DNA from: Actinomycetes bacterium
Lineage (GTDB): Bacteria > Actinomycetota > Acidimicrobiia > Acidimicrobiales > Bog-793
NCBI GenBank assembly: GCA_021809805.1
Contig: JAJZKA010000001.1
Location: forward strand, 15,246 to 79,245
Direction: 5' to 3'
DNA length: 64,000 nucleotides
The position numbers and the translations under genes are program-made. Under the pieces are notes generated by a model. It had not been told where the DNA came from, did not search any database, and saw nothing but the letters and a program-made list of their open reading frames with translations. Numbering within the stretch: the stretch's first letter is position 1; every line of letters begins with the position of its first letter. This document shows, piece by piece, positions 29,197 through 38,568 of this stretch.

Positions 29197-30870
29197 TCAG
29201 TGCTCGTCGTTGCTCGGCGCCAGGGACGAGGGGTCCTGGACAGGGTCGGCGGCCGTCTGGGTCGGCTCGGGCCCTTCGGCCGGGGCTTCGCGCTGAGGCG
29301 CGTCATCGCCGAGCTCGCGGCCCGACCCGCTGGCCTCACCGCCAGGCGGCGGCCCGTCCGGCCCTGGCGCTCCGGGCGCTTGGGTTGCGAGCGGGACGGG
29401 TCCACCCATTGGCGCGTCGGGTGCGCCCGTGCCCTGTTCCGGCGAGCCAGTCTGCTGAGGCGCGGCGGGTGCGCTCGAAGCGCCGTCGGCTGGGCCGGAG
29501 GCCTCGTGCACTGGGCGGGGCGCCGGGCGGGCTGGCCGGCCAAAGGTCCGATTCGGTGCTGGCCGTGCGACCGGTCGCGGCGGCGGCGGCATCGCCAGGC
29601 CGAGGAGCGTGGCGAGCGCGGGGATCCGCCCGGCAGCCGCGGCGGCCGCCTGGTGCGCGGCGTTCTGGGGGTCCTCAGCAGGCAGGCCGACGGGCTTGAT
29701 CAGGCGGCGCACCGGTGAGAGCAGGGCGGCGTCGAGCAGCGCAATCCATCGATCGACCGAGGCCGAGGGGTTGAGCGCGGCACTCGCCGCATCGGCAAGA
29801 GGCGTGACGAGCGACGCGGCGAGTCGTGCCGCCGGCTCGGGGGGACGCGAGGAGAGGCGCAGTGCTTGCAGCACGCGGCCTTCCTCGAGCGCGTGGCTGA
29901 GGTCGTGCTCCCAGGTGGTCCGGAGCTTGGTGACGCGCTCGTCGAGTGAAGTGCGCAGCTGGCGAAGCAGCTCCCGGCTGGCCTCGTCTCGCGGCGCGCC
30001 AGCGGTTACGGTGGCGCGCAGGTCGCGCAGTGAGACGGTGTCCAGCCGAGCGGCGACGGCCTCGGCGCGGTCCAGCCACATGACTTCTTTCACCCGACCG
30101 GCGAGCTGCTCGGCGATCGCGATGATCTCCTCGCCGGACACCTCGGGACGACCGGCGGCACGGGCAGCCGCCCGCTCTTCACCAAGGGCGCGTCGTACCC
30201 CGGGAAGCCCGCCGGCGGCCAGCTGTTCGGCGATCGGGCGTTGCTCGACCGGCAACTCGGCGAACAGGGTGTCGCGATGCACCGTCCCCGGTGTGAGGCG
30301 GGCCGGGCGGGCCCGGTTGGCCTGCTCACGCGGTGGCCGTCCCTCACCCTCACGCGCTGGCCGTCCCTCACCCTCGCGTCGGCGCGGATCCTCACCGCCG
30401 GGGCGAGGGCTGTGGCGACGCTCGGCGGGCCGACGCTCGTCCGGCCGACGCTCGTCCGGCCGACGCTCGTCGGGACGCCCTTCGCCGCCGTGGCGCTCGC
30501 GGGTGGCGCTGCGGGCGCCACGCTCGTTGTGGCGCTCTGGGCGCTCGCGCTCGCGGCCGCGTCGCTCGCCTCGTCCGCGTCGCTCGACGAGCGAGCTCGT
30601 GACCGTGCCCGCCTCACGAGGCGGCCGGCCGACGATCTCGATGCGCCGGCCGTCGTCTTCCTGCTTGTCACGTGGAGGCAGGACGCCGACGACGGTGATG
30701 CCGTCGAGGTCGAAGTCCGCCTCGATGCGCAACACCTGGCCGACCGTGGCGCCCGATGGCGCCATCAGCGCGTCGAGCACTCCACGTGGCTCGCGTGCGC
30801 CAGCGGCCCGCCAGGTGAAACTCCCGTCGGGGCGCGACGAGGTGAGCTCGATGTCCATACGCCGTGCCAT
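29197..30870 (-). CDS. Hypothetical protein: small N-terminal domain, R/E/D/P repeat linker, helical domain, Pro/Ala-rich tail
   Basis: GC3-rich frame. Contains RPDER x3-4 and EGEGRPxRE x2 repeats. No recognised catalytic motif. Confidence 0.6.
   Translation of the reverse strand: MARRMDIELTSSRPDGSFTWRAAGAREPRGVLDALMAPSGATVGQVLRIEADFDLDGITVVGVLPPRDKQEDDGRRIEIVGRPPREAGTVTSSLVERRGRGERRGRERERPERHNERGARSATRERHGGEGRPDERRPDERRPDERRPAERRHSPRPGGEDPRRREGEGRPAREGEGRPPREQANRARPARLTPGTVHRDTLFAELPVEQRPIAEQLAAGGLPGVRRALGEERAAARAAGRPEVSGEEIIAIAEQLAGRVKEVMWLDRAEAVAARLDTVSLRDLRATVTAGAPRDEASRELLRQLRTSLDERVTKLRTTWEHDLSHALEEGRVLQALRLSSRPPEPAARLAASLVTPLADAASAALNPSASVDRWIALLDAALLSPVRRLIKPVGLPAEDPQNAAHQAAAAAAGRIPALATLLGLAMPPPPRPVARPAPNRTFGRPARPAPRPVHEASGPADGASSAPAAPQQTGSPEQGTGAPDAPMGGPVPLATQAPGAPGPDGPPPGGEASGSGRELGDDAPQREAPAEGPEPTQTAADPVQDPSSLAPSNDEH
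30327..30374. repeat. 24-bp tandem repeat x2 within a CDS
   Basis: cacgcgGtggccgtccctcaccct / cacgcgCtggccgtccctcaccct. Encodes EGEGRPxRE on the minus strand. Confidence 0.9.
30412..30471. repeat. 15-bp tandem repeat x3, plus one degenerate copy, within a CDS
   Basis: (c/g)ggccgacgctcgtc repeated head-to-tail. Encodes the RPDER pentapeptide on the minus strand. Confidence 0.9.
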
Positions 30871-31006
30871 TCGTCTTCAACCTAGCTCCTCTCAAGGTTG
30901 TGGATAGACGGGCGTGCTCGTCGGGGCCGCGACGAGCCACAACTACGCTGGCCCGAGCGGCGCCGTGCGTCGACGCAGGGACATCGGAAGGCGAAGAGGA
31001 GCGCGC

Positions 31007-32974
31007 ATGGGGCCCGGGATGGGCGCAATGGGGGGCTTTCGGGCGCTGCACGGCCTGCGGACCCAGGACCCCTCGGTCAAGAACGCAGCGCTGCGATCGG
31101 GGCTCCGGCGGCGCATCGCCCGGTTCGCCCGGCCCTACTGGCGGCTGCTGGCGCTCTTCATCGTCTTATTGATCGCCGACAGCGCGACGGGCGTCGCCGC
31201 CCCCTTGCTCTATCGGGCAATCATCGACACCGCGACGGCGCGCCACCTCCATGACGCTCATGCGGTGGCGGTGATCACCGAACTGGCGATCGTCGTCGCG
31301 GCGCTGGCGTTGTTTGACGTGCTGCTCGCCATCGGCGAGCGGGCCATCTCGGCGCGCGTGGGCGAGGGACTGATCTACGACATGCGATCGCGCGTCTTCG
31401 CGCACGTCCAGGAGATGTCGATCGCCTTCTTCACCCGCACCCAGACCGGTGCGCTCGTCTCCCGGCTGAACAACGACGTCCTCGGTGCCCAGCAGGCTTT
31501 CACCGATGTGCTGCAGAACGTGATCGGAAACCTGTTCACGGTGGTGTTCGTGCTCGCGGCGATGCTCGCGCTGTCCTGGAAGATCACGCTCGTCTCGCTC
31601 GTGTTGGTCCCGCTGTTCATCATCCCGGCCAAGCGCTTTGGCCACCGGCTGCAGCGGATCACCCGGGAGAGCTACAACCTCAACGCCGAGATGACGACGA
31701 TGATGTCCGAGCGCTTCAACGTGGCCGGGGCGCTGCTCGTCAAGCTCTTTGGCCACGTGGCGACCGAGCGGTCGGCCTTCGAGGGCCGGGCCGCCCGCGT
31801 CCGCGACATCGGGGTCACCCAGGCGATGTTCACCCGCGTGCTGTTCGCCTTTTTCATGTTGACCGCAGCGCTCGGATCGGCGCTCGTGTATGGCTGGGGC
31901 GGCGTGCTGGTCGTCCACCACCAGCTGCAGATCGGCACGCTGGTCGCGCTCACCGCCTACCTCGGGCGTCTCTACGCGCCGCTGACCGCGCTCTCGAATG
32001 TTCAGGTCGACGTGCTGACGGCGCTCGTGTCCTTCGACCGGGTCTTTGAGGTGCTGGACCTCGCCCCGATGATTCGCGAGCAGGCGGGGGCAAGCGACGC
32101 GCCGCCCGGACCGGTCTCGCTCAGCTTCTCCCACGTGGATTTCGCCTATCCCGGCGCCGAAGACGTCTCGCTCGCCTCGCTCGAGTCGGTGGCCGTGCTC
32201 GAGCGCTCTGCTCGCGTTCCGGTGTTGCACGACGTCAGCTTCGAAGTCGCGGCGGGTCAGATGGTGGCGCTCGTGGGCCCCTCGGGCGCGGGCAAGACGA
32301 CGATCAGCCACCTCCTCACCCGCCTGTACGACCCAGATGGCGGAAGCATCTGCCTCGGTGGTCTCGACCTGCGATCGCTCACGCTCGAGTCGCTCCAGCG
32401 AGCCGTCGGGGTCGTGAGCCAGGATGCGCACCTCTTCCATGATTCAGTGCGGGCCAACCTGTGCTACGCCCGGCCGGGTGCGAGCGAGGAGGAGTTGCGC
32501 GAGGCGCTCGCGGCCGCGCAGGTCCTCGATCTCATCGAGAGCCTGCCCGATGGCCTCGACACGATCGTCGGTGACCGCGGCTACCGGCTGTCTGGAGGCG
32601 AGAAACAGCGGGTGGCGATTGCCAGGCTGCTCCTCAAGGCGCCGAGCCTGGTGGTCCTCGACGAGGCGACCGCCCACCTCGACTCTGAGTCCGAGCTTGC
32701 GGTCCAACATGCGCTCGATCGCGCGCTCGTGGGGCGCACCTCGCTCGTGATCGCCCACCGGCTCTCGACCATCCGCGCCGCGGATCAGATCCTCGTGCTC
32801 GAACGGGGCCGGATCCTTGAGCGTGGCACGCACGAGGACCTCCTCGACGCGGGCGGGCTCTACGCCGAGCTCTACCGCACCCAGTTCGCTCCCGCGACCT
32901 CTGGCCCACCAGACCCGCTCGAAGCGGCGGCTGCGCTCAGCCGCGGGGGCGTCGGGCAGGGCGTCGAGGCCTGA
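31007..32974 (+). CDS. ABC exporter, fused permease + ATPase (MsbA/MdlB-like)
   Basis: Six-TM N-terminal domain. Walker A GPSGAGKTT, signature LSGGEKQR, Walker B LVVLDEATAHLD. ATG 31007 chosen. Confidence 0.9.
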   Translation: MGPGMGAMGGFRALHGLRTQDPSVKNAALRSGLRRRIARFARPYWRLLALFIVLLIADSATGVAAPLLYRAIIDTATARHLHDAHAVAVITELAIVVAALALFDVLLAIGERAISARVGEGLIYDMRSRVFAHVQEMSIAFFTRTQTGALVSRLNNDVLGAQQAFTDVLQNVIGNLFTVVFVLAAMLALSWKITLVSLVLVPLFIIPAKRFGHRLQRITRESYNLNAEMTTMMSERFNVAGALLVKLFGHVATERSAFEGRAARVRDIGVTQAMFTRVLFAFFMLTAALGSALVYGWGGVLVVHHQLQIGTLVALTAYLGRLYAPLTALSNVQVDVLTALVSFDRVFEVLDLAPMIREQAGASDAPPGPVSLSFSHVDFAYPGAEDVSLASLESVAVLERSARVPVLHDVSFEVAAGQMVALVGPSGAGKTTISHLLTRLYDPDGGSICLGGLDLRSLTLESLQRAVGVVSQDAHLFHDSVRANLCYARPGASEEELREALAAAQVLDLIESLPDGLDTIVGDRGYRLSGGEKQRVAIARLLLKAPSLVVLDEATAHLDSESELAVQHALDRALVGRTSLVIAHRLSTIRAADQILVLERGRILERGTHEDLLDAGGLYAELYRTQFAPATSGPPDPLEAAAALSRGGVGQGVEA

Positions 32975-32979
32975 CGGCC

Positions 32980-33933
32980 GTGGCGGTTGGCGCGGATGAC
33001 CAAGGGGTAGCACGCGCCGTGGTGGCGGTCTCGAAGTCTGCAACCTCCAAGATCACCGTCTGTGTCGAGGGGGAGCGGCTCAGCCTCACCAACCTCGACA
33101 AGGTGCTCTATCCCGAGGCGGGCGTCACCAAGGGCGCCGTCCTCGACTACTACCGCCAGGTGGCGCCCGTGGCCCTGGTGCATCTGAAGCGGCGCCCCGT
33201 GACCTTTCGCCGCTTTCCCGACGGCGTGGACGGCGCTTCGTTTTATGAAAAGCACGTGCCCCGCGCTGCACCCGGCTTCGTCTCGAGCATCCCCGTCCCG
33301 ACGCGCTCAGGCGAGCTCGACCACTACCCGGCGATCGACTCGCTCCCGGCCCTCATCTGGGCGGCAAACCTCGCTGTGCTCGAGTTCCACGTGCCGATGT
33401 GGCGCTCGGCTGCCGACGGCACGCCAGAGCCCTCCGACCTCATCGTGTTCGACCTCGACCCCGGGGCGCCGGCGGGCCTCGTGGAGTGTTGCATCGTCGG
33501 CCTGGCAGTGCGCGAGCGGCTGGTGGCCGACGGCTATGTCCCGCTCGCGAAGACGAGCGGCTCCAAGGGCATCCAGCTCTATGCAAAACGTCCGGTCTCC
33601 TCACGTGAGGAGGACCCGACCCGCTACGCCAAGGCGCTTGCCAGCGCGCTCGCCAGCGATGCGGGCCTCGGCGTGGTGGCGAACATGCGGCGAGATCTCC
33701 GCAAGAACAAAGTGCTCGTTGACTGGAGCCAGAACAGCACCGCCAAGACAACCGTCGCTCCCTACTCCTTGCGTGCAACAAGCAGGATCGGGGTGTCCAC
33801 CCCACTGCATTGGGAGGAGATCGAGGCCGTCGCGGGCGGAGATGACCCGGATCGGTTGCGCTTTGGGCCCGCTCAGGTGCTCGAGCGCATCGCCCGCGAC
33901 GGCGACTTGTTCGCGCCCCTCGCTGGCGCCTGA
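32980..33933 (+). CDS. Stand-alone NHEJ polymerase/primase domain (LigD PolDom-like)
   Basis: LSLTNLDKVLYPEAGVTKGAVLDYYRQVAPVALVHLKRRPVTFRRFPDGV..SFYEKH, DLDP and SGSKGIQLY. The exact start is uncertain. Confidence 0.8.
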   Translation: MAVGADDQGVARAVVAVSKSATSKITVCVEGERLSLTNLDKVLYPEAGVTKGAVLDYYRQVAPVALVHLKRRPVTFRRFPDGVDGASFYEKHVPRAAPGFVSSIPVPTRSGELDHYPAIDSLPALIWAANLAVLEFHVPMWRSAADGTPEPSDLIVFDLDPGAPAGLVECCIVGLAVRERLVADGYVPLAKTSGSKGIQLYAKRPVSSREEDPTRYAKALASALASDAGLGVVANMRRDLRKNKVLVDWSQNSTAKTTVAPYSLRATSRIGVSTPLHWEEIEAVAGGDDPDRLRFGPAQVLERIARDGDLFAPLAGA

Positions 33934-34032
33934 TCGCTCGCTCGTTTTCCCTTGCGGCGCGACCGGGTAGTTCCTCAACAGGCGGTCGCGGAGCACCGGG
34001 ACCGCACGAGCGCAACTCGAGGAGGTCTTGGG

Positions 34033-34644
34033 ATGAGCGCCGCGTACGAACCGATTCCTTCAACCGAAGCGCCGATCGGCGAGGGCGTGGCCCCGGTGGC
34101 CTCGCGACACATTCGCGGCACCGGGGTCGGCCTGCTCGGCCTGGCAACCGTCGTCATATCGGCCTGGGGTGGCATCGTGCCCTTCGTCGGACCGATTTTT
34201 GGCTACCGCGCGGACGGTGCCTCGTCATGGCACTGGGACCTCGCTCACGGCATTCTCGCCGTGGCCCCGGGAGCGATCGGCGTGGTCGCCGGTGTGATGA
34301 TGATGGGCGCGGCGATGCGGGTCTCGTTCGGGGCAGGCCGGCTGAGCCTGTCATTCGCGGGCTTTGTGGCGCTGGTGTGCGGCGCATGGTTCGCGATCGG
34401 GCCGCTCGCATGGGCCACCTTCGAGCCCAGCCACTACTTCCTTTCCGTATCGCCGTTGCATCAACTGGCGAACGAGGTTGGCTACGCGCTCGGCCCAGGG
34501 CTGCTGCTCGCCCTCTTTGGCGGAGAGGCGATCGGCTGGGCGCTACGCCACCGCCAGGTGCGCTTTGCCGTTCCTGCCGGGCCACGCCGTCGCGCGGGCC
34601 GGCACCTCGCCCCCGTGGCCAGCGAGCCCGGCACCGCCAGCTGA
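34033..34644 (+). CDS. Hypothetical multi-pass membrane protein
   Basis: GAGGAGG lies upstream of ATG 34033. About five hydrophobic segments. Confidence 0.55.
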   Translation: MSAAYEPIPSTEAPIGEGVAPVASRHIRGTGVGLLGLATVVISAWGGIVPFVGPIFGYRADGASSWHWDLAHGILAVAPGAIGVVAGVMMMGAAMRVSFGAGRLSLSFAGFVALVCGAWFAIGPLAWATFEPSHYFLSVSPLHQLANEVGYALGPGLLLALFGGEAIGWALRHRQVRFAVPAGPRRRAGRHLAPVASEPGTAS

Positions 34645-34761
34645 ACCGGCTGGCTCCTCGCCGCCAAGCCCGTCATGGCGGACCGCGGTGGCCCGTCGCC
34701 CATCACGGCGCTCCAAGTCAGGGAGGCCTCGAATTCCATGAAAGAGAAGTGAGGCACGTCC

Positions 34762-36528
34762 ATGGACAAGATCGCCTCGGAGCTGTTGGTCGAGCGCTTG
34801 ATCGACTGGGGAGTTGACACGGTCTTTGGACTTCCCGGAGACGGGATCAACGGGATCATGGAGGGGATGCGGCGCCACGCCGGGCGCATCCGCTTTGTCC
34901 TCGTCCACCACGAGGAGGCCGCGGCCTTCATGGCGACGGGGTATGCGAAGTCGACTGGGCGACTCGGGGTCTGCCTCGCGACCTCAGGGCCCGGCGGCAT
35001 CCACCTGTTGAACGGGCTGTACGACGCAAAGCTCGATCATGCCCCCGTGCTGGCGCTGACGGGCATGCAAGAGACCCAGCTGCTCGGTACCGGTTACCAG
35101 CAAGAGGTCCATCTCGACCGGCTCTTCAGCGACGTCGTCGAGTACTCGGCGATGGTGCTCACGCCCGCTCACCTCCCGACCCTCGTCGACCTCGCCGTGC
35201 GCCACGCGCTCGCTCGACGCGGCGTCGCTCATCTGACGATCCCCGTTGACCTACAGACAGCCCCGGCAGACGAGGCACCCCCGGGAGGACCGGCGCCGGC
35301 GCGGCCCCCCGCATCGGCGGCGGTGTTCTTCGAGGCCCCCAAGGTTCCCGGCCCAGACGAGCTGCGCCGCGCCGCGGAGGTGCTCAACGCGGGGGAGAAG
35401 GTGGTGATCCTCGCGGGAGCGGGCGCGCTCGGCGCCAGGGAGGAGCTGCTGGCGGTGGCCGACCAACTTGCTTCGCCCATCGTCAAGACCCTGCCGGGCA
35501 AAGCGGCGGTCCCCGACGACCATCCGCTCACGACGGGCGGCATCGGCCTGCTCGGCACCAAGGCCTCCGATGAGGCAATGGAGGGTGCGGACACGCTGTT
35601 CATGGTGGGGACCAACTTCCCCTACACCAAGTTCCTGCCCAAGCCGAACCAGGTCAACGTGGTCCAGATCGAGGTGGACCCGACGCGCGCCGGGGTGCGG
35701 ATCCCGACTGCCGTCCCGCTGATCGGCGCGGCGAAAGAGACGCTCGGCGCGCTTTCGCCGATGCTCTCGCGCAATGAATCGCGCAAGTTCCTTGCCGGGA
35801 TCCAAGCCGCCATGAACAAGTGGCGGGCCAACATGGCGTCGCTCGGGAATGACACCCGTGATCCGATCCAGCCTCAGCGCCTGATGGCGGTGATCGACCG
35901 GCTCGCCGCGAATGACGCCATCTTGACCTCAGATTCGGGCACCATCGCGACGTGGGCGGCGAGGAACTTCACCGTCCGGGAACAACGCGAGTTCTACCTC
36001 TCGGGCAACCTCGCGACCATGGCGCCGGGGATGCCGTACGCGATCGGGATGCAGGTCGCGCACCCCGGCCGTCAGTGCATCGCCTTCGTCGGCGATGGTG
36101 GCTTTTCGATGCTGATGGCAGAGGTCCTCACGGCGGTCGGCCACGATCTGCCGATCAAGGTCTTCATCTGCAACAACGGCGCACTCGCCCAGATCCTCTG
36201 GGAGCAGATGGTGCTCGGCTACCCCGAGTTCGGCGTGCGCGAGCCGGCCGTCGGCGAATTTGCCAGTTTCGCCTCGGCCAACGGCGCCCTCGGCATTCGC
36301 GTCGAGAAGCAGGAGGAGCTCGAAGAGGCCGTGCGCTCGGCGCTCGCCCACCCTGGCGTCTCCGTCGTCGACGTCCTCGTCAACCCCGATGAGCCGCCGA
36401 TGCCCGCATCGGTCAGCTACGACCAGGCCAAGGGCTTCGCCCAGGCCTTCCTCCGCGGCCAGCCGCGGCGCTCGACGATCGCGTCGACGCTATTTCGCGA
36501 CCGCCTGAGCATCCTGCGCGGCGACTGA
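34762..36528 (+). CDS. Thiamine-diphosphate enzyme of the pyruvate oxidase / pyruvate dehydrogenase (quinone) family
   Basis: VDTVFGLPGDGINGIMEG, HEEAAAFMATGYAK, LATSGPGGIHLLNGLYDA and GDGGFSML. Confidence 0.85.
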   Translation: MDKIASELLVERLIDWGVDTVFGLPGDGINGIMEGMRRHAGRIRFVLVHHEEAAAFMATGYAKSTGRLGVCLATSGPGGIHLLNGLYDAKLDHAPVLALTGMQETQLLGTGYQQEVHLDRLFSDVVEYSAMVLTPAHLPTLVDLAVRHALARRGVAHLTIPVDLQTAPADEAPPGGPAPARPPASAAVFFEAPKVPGPDELRRAAEVLNAGEKVVILAGAGALGAREELLAVADQLASPIVKTLPGKAAVPDDHPLTTGGIGLLGTKASDEAMEGADTLFMVGTNFPYTKFLPKPNQVNVVQIEVDPTRAGVRIPTAVPLIGAAKETLGALSPMLSRNESRKFLAGIQAAMNKWRANMASLGNDTRDPIQPQRLMAVIDRLAANDAILTSDSGTIATWAARNFTVREQREFYLSGNLATMAPGMPYAIGMQVAHPGRQCIAFVGDGGFSMLMAEVLTAVGHDLPIKVFICNNGALAQILWEQMVLGYPEFGVREPAVGEFASFASANGALGIRVEKQEELEEAVRSALAHPGVSVVDVLVNPDEPPMPASVSYDQAKGFAQAFLRGQPRRSTIASTLFRDRLSILRGD

Positions 36529-36609
36529 TCGTTCCCTGTACCCGGCACGTCTCGCCGTCGGCATCCACCGGCGCGAGGCGTGCCCCCAAGCCCCCCGGGA
36601 GAAGAATCG

Positions 36610-37191
36610 ATGTCGAACAAGACCGACCGCCGTCTGCACGGGAAGAAGATCGCCTTCCTCACCGCCAACGAGGGAGTCGAGCGCGTCGAGCTCGAGCGTC
36701 CCTGGCAAGCCGTGAAAGCGGCGGGCGGCTCGCCGGAGCTGCTCGCCCCGAAGCTCGGAAGCGTGCAGAGCTTTGATCACTTGGACAAGTCCGCGACCTT
36801 CCCGGTCACCACGACGACGGCCTTCGCGCGCGCGGAGGACTACGACGCGGTGGTGCTGCCCGGTGGCGTCGCCAATCCGGACCAGCTGCGCCTGGACGAC
36901 GCGGCGCTCGAGCTCTTGGGCGAGTTCCACGCTGCCGGCAAGCCGATGGCCGTGATCTGCCACGGCCCATGGACGCTCCTCGAGGCGGGCCTCGTGCGCG
37001 ACCGCACGCTCACGTCCTGGCCGAGCCTGCAGACCGATATCCGCAATGCCGGTGGCAAGTGGATCGACAAGGAGCTCGTCATCGACGACGGGCTCGTGTC
37101 GAGCCGCAAGCCCGACGACCTCGACGCCTTCTGTGAGGCACTCGTGGAGCGCTTCGCCGACGGCCGGCCCGCGCACCAAGGAGCGTCCTAG
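36610..37191 (+). CDS. DJ-1/PfpI-family protein (type 1 glutamine amidotransferase-like)
   Basis: KKIAFLTANEGVE, DAVVLPGG and the nucleophile elbow AVICHGPW. Confidence 0.85.
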   Translation: MSNKTDRRLHGKKIAFLTANEGVERVELERPWQAVKAAGGSPELLAPKLGSVQSFDHLDKSATFPVTTTTAFARAEDYDAVVLPGGVANPDQLRLDDAALELLGEFHAAGKPMAVICHGPWTLLEAGLVRDRTLTSWPSLQTDIRNAGGKWIDKELVIDDGLVSSRKPDDLDAFCEALVERFADGRPAHQGAS

Positions 37192-37194
37192 CGC

Positions 37195-37229
37195 TCTTGA
37201 CGGGCCGGGTGTCCCCCGGCCCGTCAAGA
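37195..37229 (+). terminator. Perfect 15-bp-stem hairpin 4 nt after the DJ-1 stop
   Basis: tcttgacgggccggg-tgtcc-cccggcccgtcaaga. No U-tract, which is common in high-GC Actinobacteria. Confidence 0.7.
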
Positions 37230-37514
37230 CGTGGCGGAGCGACTGGCGGGCGGTGCCGGCCGGTCTGCGCCCGCCCACCATGCGGGGGCGTCGCTTGCCG
37301 GGAAGGACTCCTCGCCCTGCTCATCGACGCGTGCGTCGTCGTGGTCGTGCTCGGCCGAGCCCGCTTGCTGCCTGGGTTGTGATGCGTCTTGCACCTCGGC
37401 CACCTTTCGGCCACGTCGGCGCGCGGCCCATAGCGCGCGTACCCGCGGCGCGCCGGGGCGACACGGGTCAAAGATCGCTGGGGGCGAGGCGGCTCGACGA
37501 GTGCGGTCAGCTCG

Positions 37515-38540
37515 TCAAAACAGCGGGAGCTGCTCGAGGGCCCCTGTGTTCGCCACGCGGCGCCGAGGTGGTGGCTGGCGGTGTGCGCCGTCCGGCTCCG
37601 TGCGGTCGGACGCGGCGAGCGCGCCGAGGCGCTGGCGGATCGCAGGTCGTTGTTCGCTGCGTCGGCCAAAACGCTCGCGATGCAGCGCCGACAGATCAGG
37701 GCGGTGCTCCTCGAGCCACCCGAAGTAGTGCTCGCGCACGCCAGGCCGGAGGTGCAGCGGGATGACGTGCACCGACGTCGCCCCCGCCGCTCGCACGGCC
37801 GAGACGACGCTGGCAATCTGGTCCTCAGCGTCAGATAGTCCAGGGATCACCGGGGCAACGAGCACGCCGCAGGAGAGGCCCGCGGCCCGGACGCGCTCCA
37901 GCGCAGCCAGCCGGCGCTTGGGCGGCGGTGCCCCTGGCTCGGTCAGTTGGGCGACCTGTTGATCCAACGTGCCGATCGAGAATGCGAGGCGCACGCTGCA
38001 GCGCTTTGCCGCCCACACCAACAGTTCGAGGTCGCGCAACACGAGCGTGGACTTGGTCAGGATGCTGAAGTCGTTGCGGGCATCCGCAAGCGACTGCACG
38101 ATGCCTCGGGTCAGGTGGTAGCGACCCTCGCCAAGCTGGTAGGGGTCCGTGTTGGTGCCCATTGCGACCGCCTCGCGACGCCATCGGCTGGACGCGAGCT
38201 CCGCGCGCACACGTTCGATGGCATTCACTTTGACGACGATCTTCGACTCGAAGTCCTTGCCGGTGTCGAGACCGAGGTGCGCATGGGTCGGACGCGCGAA
38301 GCAATAGCAGCAGGCATGTGAGCAGCCGCGGTAGGCATTAATCGTCCAGCGGAACGGCATGCGCGAACTCGCGGGCACGCGGTTGAGGACACGGACGGCC
38401 TCGACGTGAATGAACTCCAGGCCACGGTACTCACCCACTCCGACGTGGCGCTCTGGCGCAAAGTCTGTGAATAGGCGGCCCTCGTCGCCCCCTTGATCGC
38501 TGAGGCGCCAGCGGAGCCCTTCCGGGCGGATCTCGGGCAT
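37515..38540 (-). CDS. Radical SAM protein, SplB-like / Rv2578c-type
   Basis: CX3CX2C cluster motif (YRGCSHACCYCFAR) and MGTNTDPYQ. Confidence 0.85.
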   Translation of the reverse strand: MPEIRPEGLRWRLSDQGGDEGRLFTDFAPERHVGVGEYRGLEFIHVEAVRVLNRVPASSRMPFRWTINAYRGCSHACCYCFARPTHAHLGLDTGKDFESKIVVKVNAIERVRAELASSRWRREAVAMGTNTDPYQLGEGRYHLTRGIVQSLADARNDFSILTKSTLVLRDLELLVWAAKRCSVRLAFSIGTLDQQVAQLTEPGAPPPKRRLAALERVRAAGLSCGVLVAPVIPGLSDAEDQIASVVSAVRAAGATSVHVIPLHLRPGVREHYFGWLEEHRPDLSALHRERFGRRSEQRPAIRQRLGALAASDRTEPDGAHRQPPPRRRVANTGALEQLPLF

Positions 38541-38552
38541 CGATACAGTCTA

Positions 38553-38568
38553 TCGAACATATGTACGC
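38553..38568. promoter_or_regulatory. SOS-box-like (LexA) operator candidate
   Basis: TCGAACATATGTACGC compared with the actinobacterial consensus TCGAAC-N4-GTTCGA: 10 of 12 specified positions match. Lies 13-28 nt upstream of the radical SAM start, in the most AT-rich patch of that spacer. Confidence 0.5.

Noticed and set aside
30327-30471. Tandem repeats considered as a possible CRISPR or minisatellite locus
   Set aside because: The units are 15 and 24 bp and contiguous without spacers. They lie inside a GC3-rich reading frame and encode in-frame peptide repeats, so this is not a CRISPR array.
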